A stretch of DNA of 64,000 nt from Octopus vulgaris (taxonomy: Eukaryota), in contig OX597840.1 in the NCBI GenBank assembly GCA_951406725.2, positions 6,138,001-6,202,000 of the forward strand. Reading direction: 5' to 3'. Below are positions 1 to 64,000 of this stretch, one piece after another. Position 1 is the stretch's first letter; each line of letters opens with the position of its first letter. The notes under the pieces were generated by a model. It was given only the letters and a program-made list of their open reading frames with translations. It had not been told where the DNA came from and ran no database searches. Position numbers and translations under genes: made by a program.

Positions 1-416
1 CAGACTCATGGTCATAGGATCGCGGTTTCGATTCCTAGACCGGGTGTTGTGAGTGTTTATTGAGCGAAAATACCTAAAGCTCCACAAGGCTCCAGCCGGG
101 GGGGGGGGGGCGATCCCTGCTGTACTCTTTCACCACAACTTTCACTTGTTCTTCTGTTGGCCTGCTCGCTCAGCCAGCGTGGTGGCATCATTTAGAAGGC
201 TAAAACAATGCGAAGTGCATTGTGACCAGTGATGTGTAGCAACATCTGATAGCCTGGTTGGTCAAAGTGATCACGGTGATATATACACATACATATACAT
301 ACATACATATATACATATATACACATATGTATATACATATTTACATATATACATATATATACATATATACATATATACATACATATACACATACATACAT
401 ATATATTTATATATAA

Positions 417-782
417 CTAGCAGTATCGCCCGGCGTTGCTCAGGTTTGTAAGGGAAATAACTATAAAGCATTTTTAGAGAGTTATAGCCAAAAAGTAGCA
501 AAAAAATGGAAAAAAAAATGATGGTAAATTTTTTTTTTTAGTTAATAAAGGTGGAGTTGCGTCCCCTAGACAGTTTGTGTTTCTGATTCTGGACCCCATG
601 TCGAATTTATTGATTTTTTTCAGAACTGGGGGAACTTTTCAAAATTTTCGATGCGTTAGTTTTGAATTATGACATTGGGCTATGTGTGTGTCAAGTTTCA
701 TCAGAATCGGTTGAAAGCCGTGGTCAGGGTGAAGGTACACACAGAAAACGCACAGACAAACTGCCATTTATATAGAGAGAGA
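417..782 (-). mobile_element. Non-autonomous Helitron
   Basis: Minus strand A|TC...gagcaacgccgggcgatactgCTAG|T. Confidence 0.75.
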
Positions 783-1133
783 TTCGCAAAATGTGTAGTA
801 AAGAAACATACCAAAATATACTAAATACACAGATGAACACACAAAGTCACCGACTCCTTTTCAGTAATCGGCCAGAGGTTTCAGTGCAATTTTGGCCATT
901 ATCAGTAATGTGGCTTCCCCTCTGGAGGCACTGGCCAGAGACTTGCCAGGAATGGGAACAAAGCATAACAAAACGAGACTGGCTTGAGAGGAGACCATTT
1001 GTACATGGATGAGGGACAAGACGAGAAACAGGATAAAGGCTTAGGGCCACATGAAGACAAAAATTAGAATGACGATAATACATATACAGCAAAAAATGCC
1101 TTAGAGATGCAAGACAAGACAAAAATGGGTATA

Positions 1134-1222
<89 letters not shown>

Positions 1223-1824
1223 ATTTATACAAGTTTCTATATATATATATATTATTATACACACACACTCATAAAAGCAGAAGTATGTATGTGTATGTAT
1301 ATATATATAAATAGTAAATAATATATATTCTCTTTTACTCTCTTTTACTTGTATCAGTCATTTGACTGTGGCCATGCTGGAGCACCACATTTAGTCCAGC
1401 AAATCAACCACAGGACTTATTCTTTGTAAACCTAGTACTTATTCTATCAGGCTCTGTTGCCGAACTGCTAAGTTACATGGATGTAAACACACCAGCATTG
1501 GTTGTCAAGCGATGAAGTGGGGACAAACAGACACACAAACATATACACACACATACATACACACATATATATATATAACAGGAAAGTTTACGAAAATAAA
1601 CAAAAAGACGAAGGCAGGTGGAGTACAAACAAACAAATGTATTAGTATGGCGCTCAGGAATAGAAATAGGACAATGTCTTTTACATTTCGAGCCTACGCT
1701 CTTCGACAGAAAGATACACAGAAAAGAAAAAAGGAGAGAAAAAAATACGTGTAGGAGCTAATGATCTATCATGGTGTCCTATATATATATGTGTATATGT
1801 GTCTGTGTATGTATTTATACAAGT

Positions 1825-1868
<44 letters not shown>

Positions 1869-2166
1869 ATATATATATATTATTATACACACACTCATAA
1901 AAGCAGAAGTATGTACATGTATGTATATATATAAAACGCGCGTAGTCTTTTTACTACTATTTACAATTTATTGTACTTTATTGATTTTTAGAATAAGGTT
2001 TTTATAGTATATGTTTTCTATATGGTGTGAATAACATCTTTCATTATTGAATTGTTTAATAGAGGCTTTTCTCTAAATCATATATATATATTTTTTTTTT
2101 GTGTCGTTTATTTGAATGTTTTGCTTTCTTGTCCCATTTTTGTATTTTTATATATATTTTTTATAC

Positions 2167-2197
<31 letters not shown>

Positions 2198-2490
2198 TAA
2201 ACACAGAAGCATCTATGTAAAACAACAATATAATGAGATAGCATATTTCACTTTTTAGCCCATCAAGAGGAACAAAAGTTTAAAAACTAGTAAATAGTAA
2301 ATGCAGGGTATTTTAAAGGTAAACACTATGTCATGTCAATAGTTTTAAATTAACACACCTGAGTAAAGTTACAGATTTCATACAAAATAGTACAGAAAGG
2401 AAAAATGTGCTTAGACTGTGTGTCTCTATGTATACGAAGATTTCTCTTCAATATAATACGTATTACAATTTCCATATTCTAACATTTCAG

Positions 2491-63946
<61,456 letters not shown>

Positions 63947-64000
63947 GTAAGTTAATCACATTTAATTCTATTTGATGTACTTCAATGTGTTACTGCTGTG

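Noticed and set aside
2259-2318. Second candidate exon in each unit (tttag|cccttcat...ttttaaaag|g(c/t)aaa)
   Set aside because: Length varies by non-multiples of 3 between units, several copies have stops (e.g. AAC TAG), and the donor is mostly GC-AAAT. Treated as duplicated intron.

Overview
Eukaryotic, AT-rich, repeat-dense animal DNA. The SINE, RTE and Penelope repertoire suggests an octopus or other cephalopod (inference). The window is the interior of one large + strand gene that the ORF track largely misses. It has 17 tandemly duplicated, symmetric phase-1 micro-exons (16 x 42 nt, 1 x 33 nt), each encoding one Pro/Ser/Thr-rich repeat (consensus ASSAVPPYSASIPT). These are followed by three tandem two-exon copies of a divergent F5/8 type C (discoidin)-like domain and a 36-nt PTS linker micro-exon, i.e. 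a mucin-like protein built one exon per repeat. The introns contain an ~8 kb head-to-head Penelope-like (Neptune-type RT + GIY-YIG) insertion with 2.66-kb inverted arms and an upstream ORF linked to the RT ORF through a U-UUU-UUA candidate -1 frameshift site. They also hold more than a dozen minimal hammerhead-ribozyme motifs at PLE-type 3' ends in (TA)n, showing C3-G8/U3-A8/G3-C8 covariation. Other repeats include two full-length dead mariners, Helitrons, MITEs with clear TSDs, RTE/L1 fragments and many tRNA-derived SINEs. Most ORF-track entries are microsatellite artefacts. Coordinates were read by eye, so repeat boundaries may be off by a few bases.
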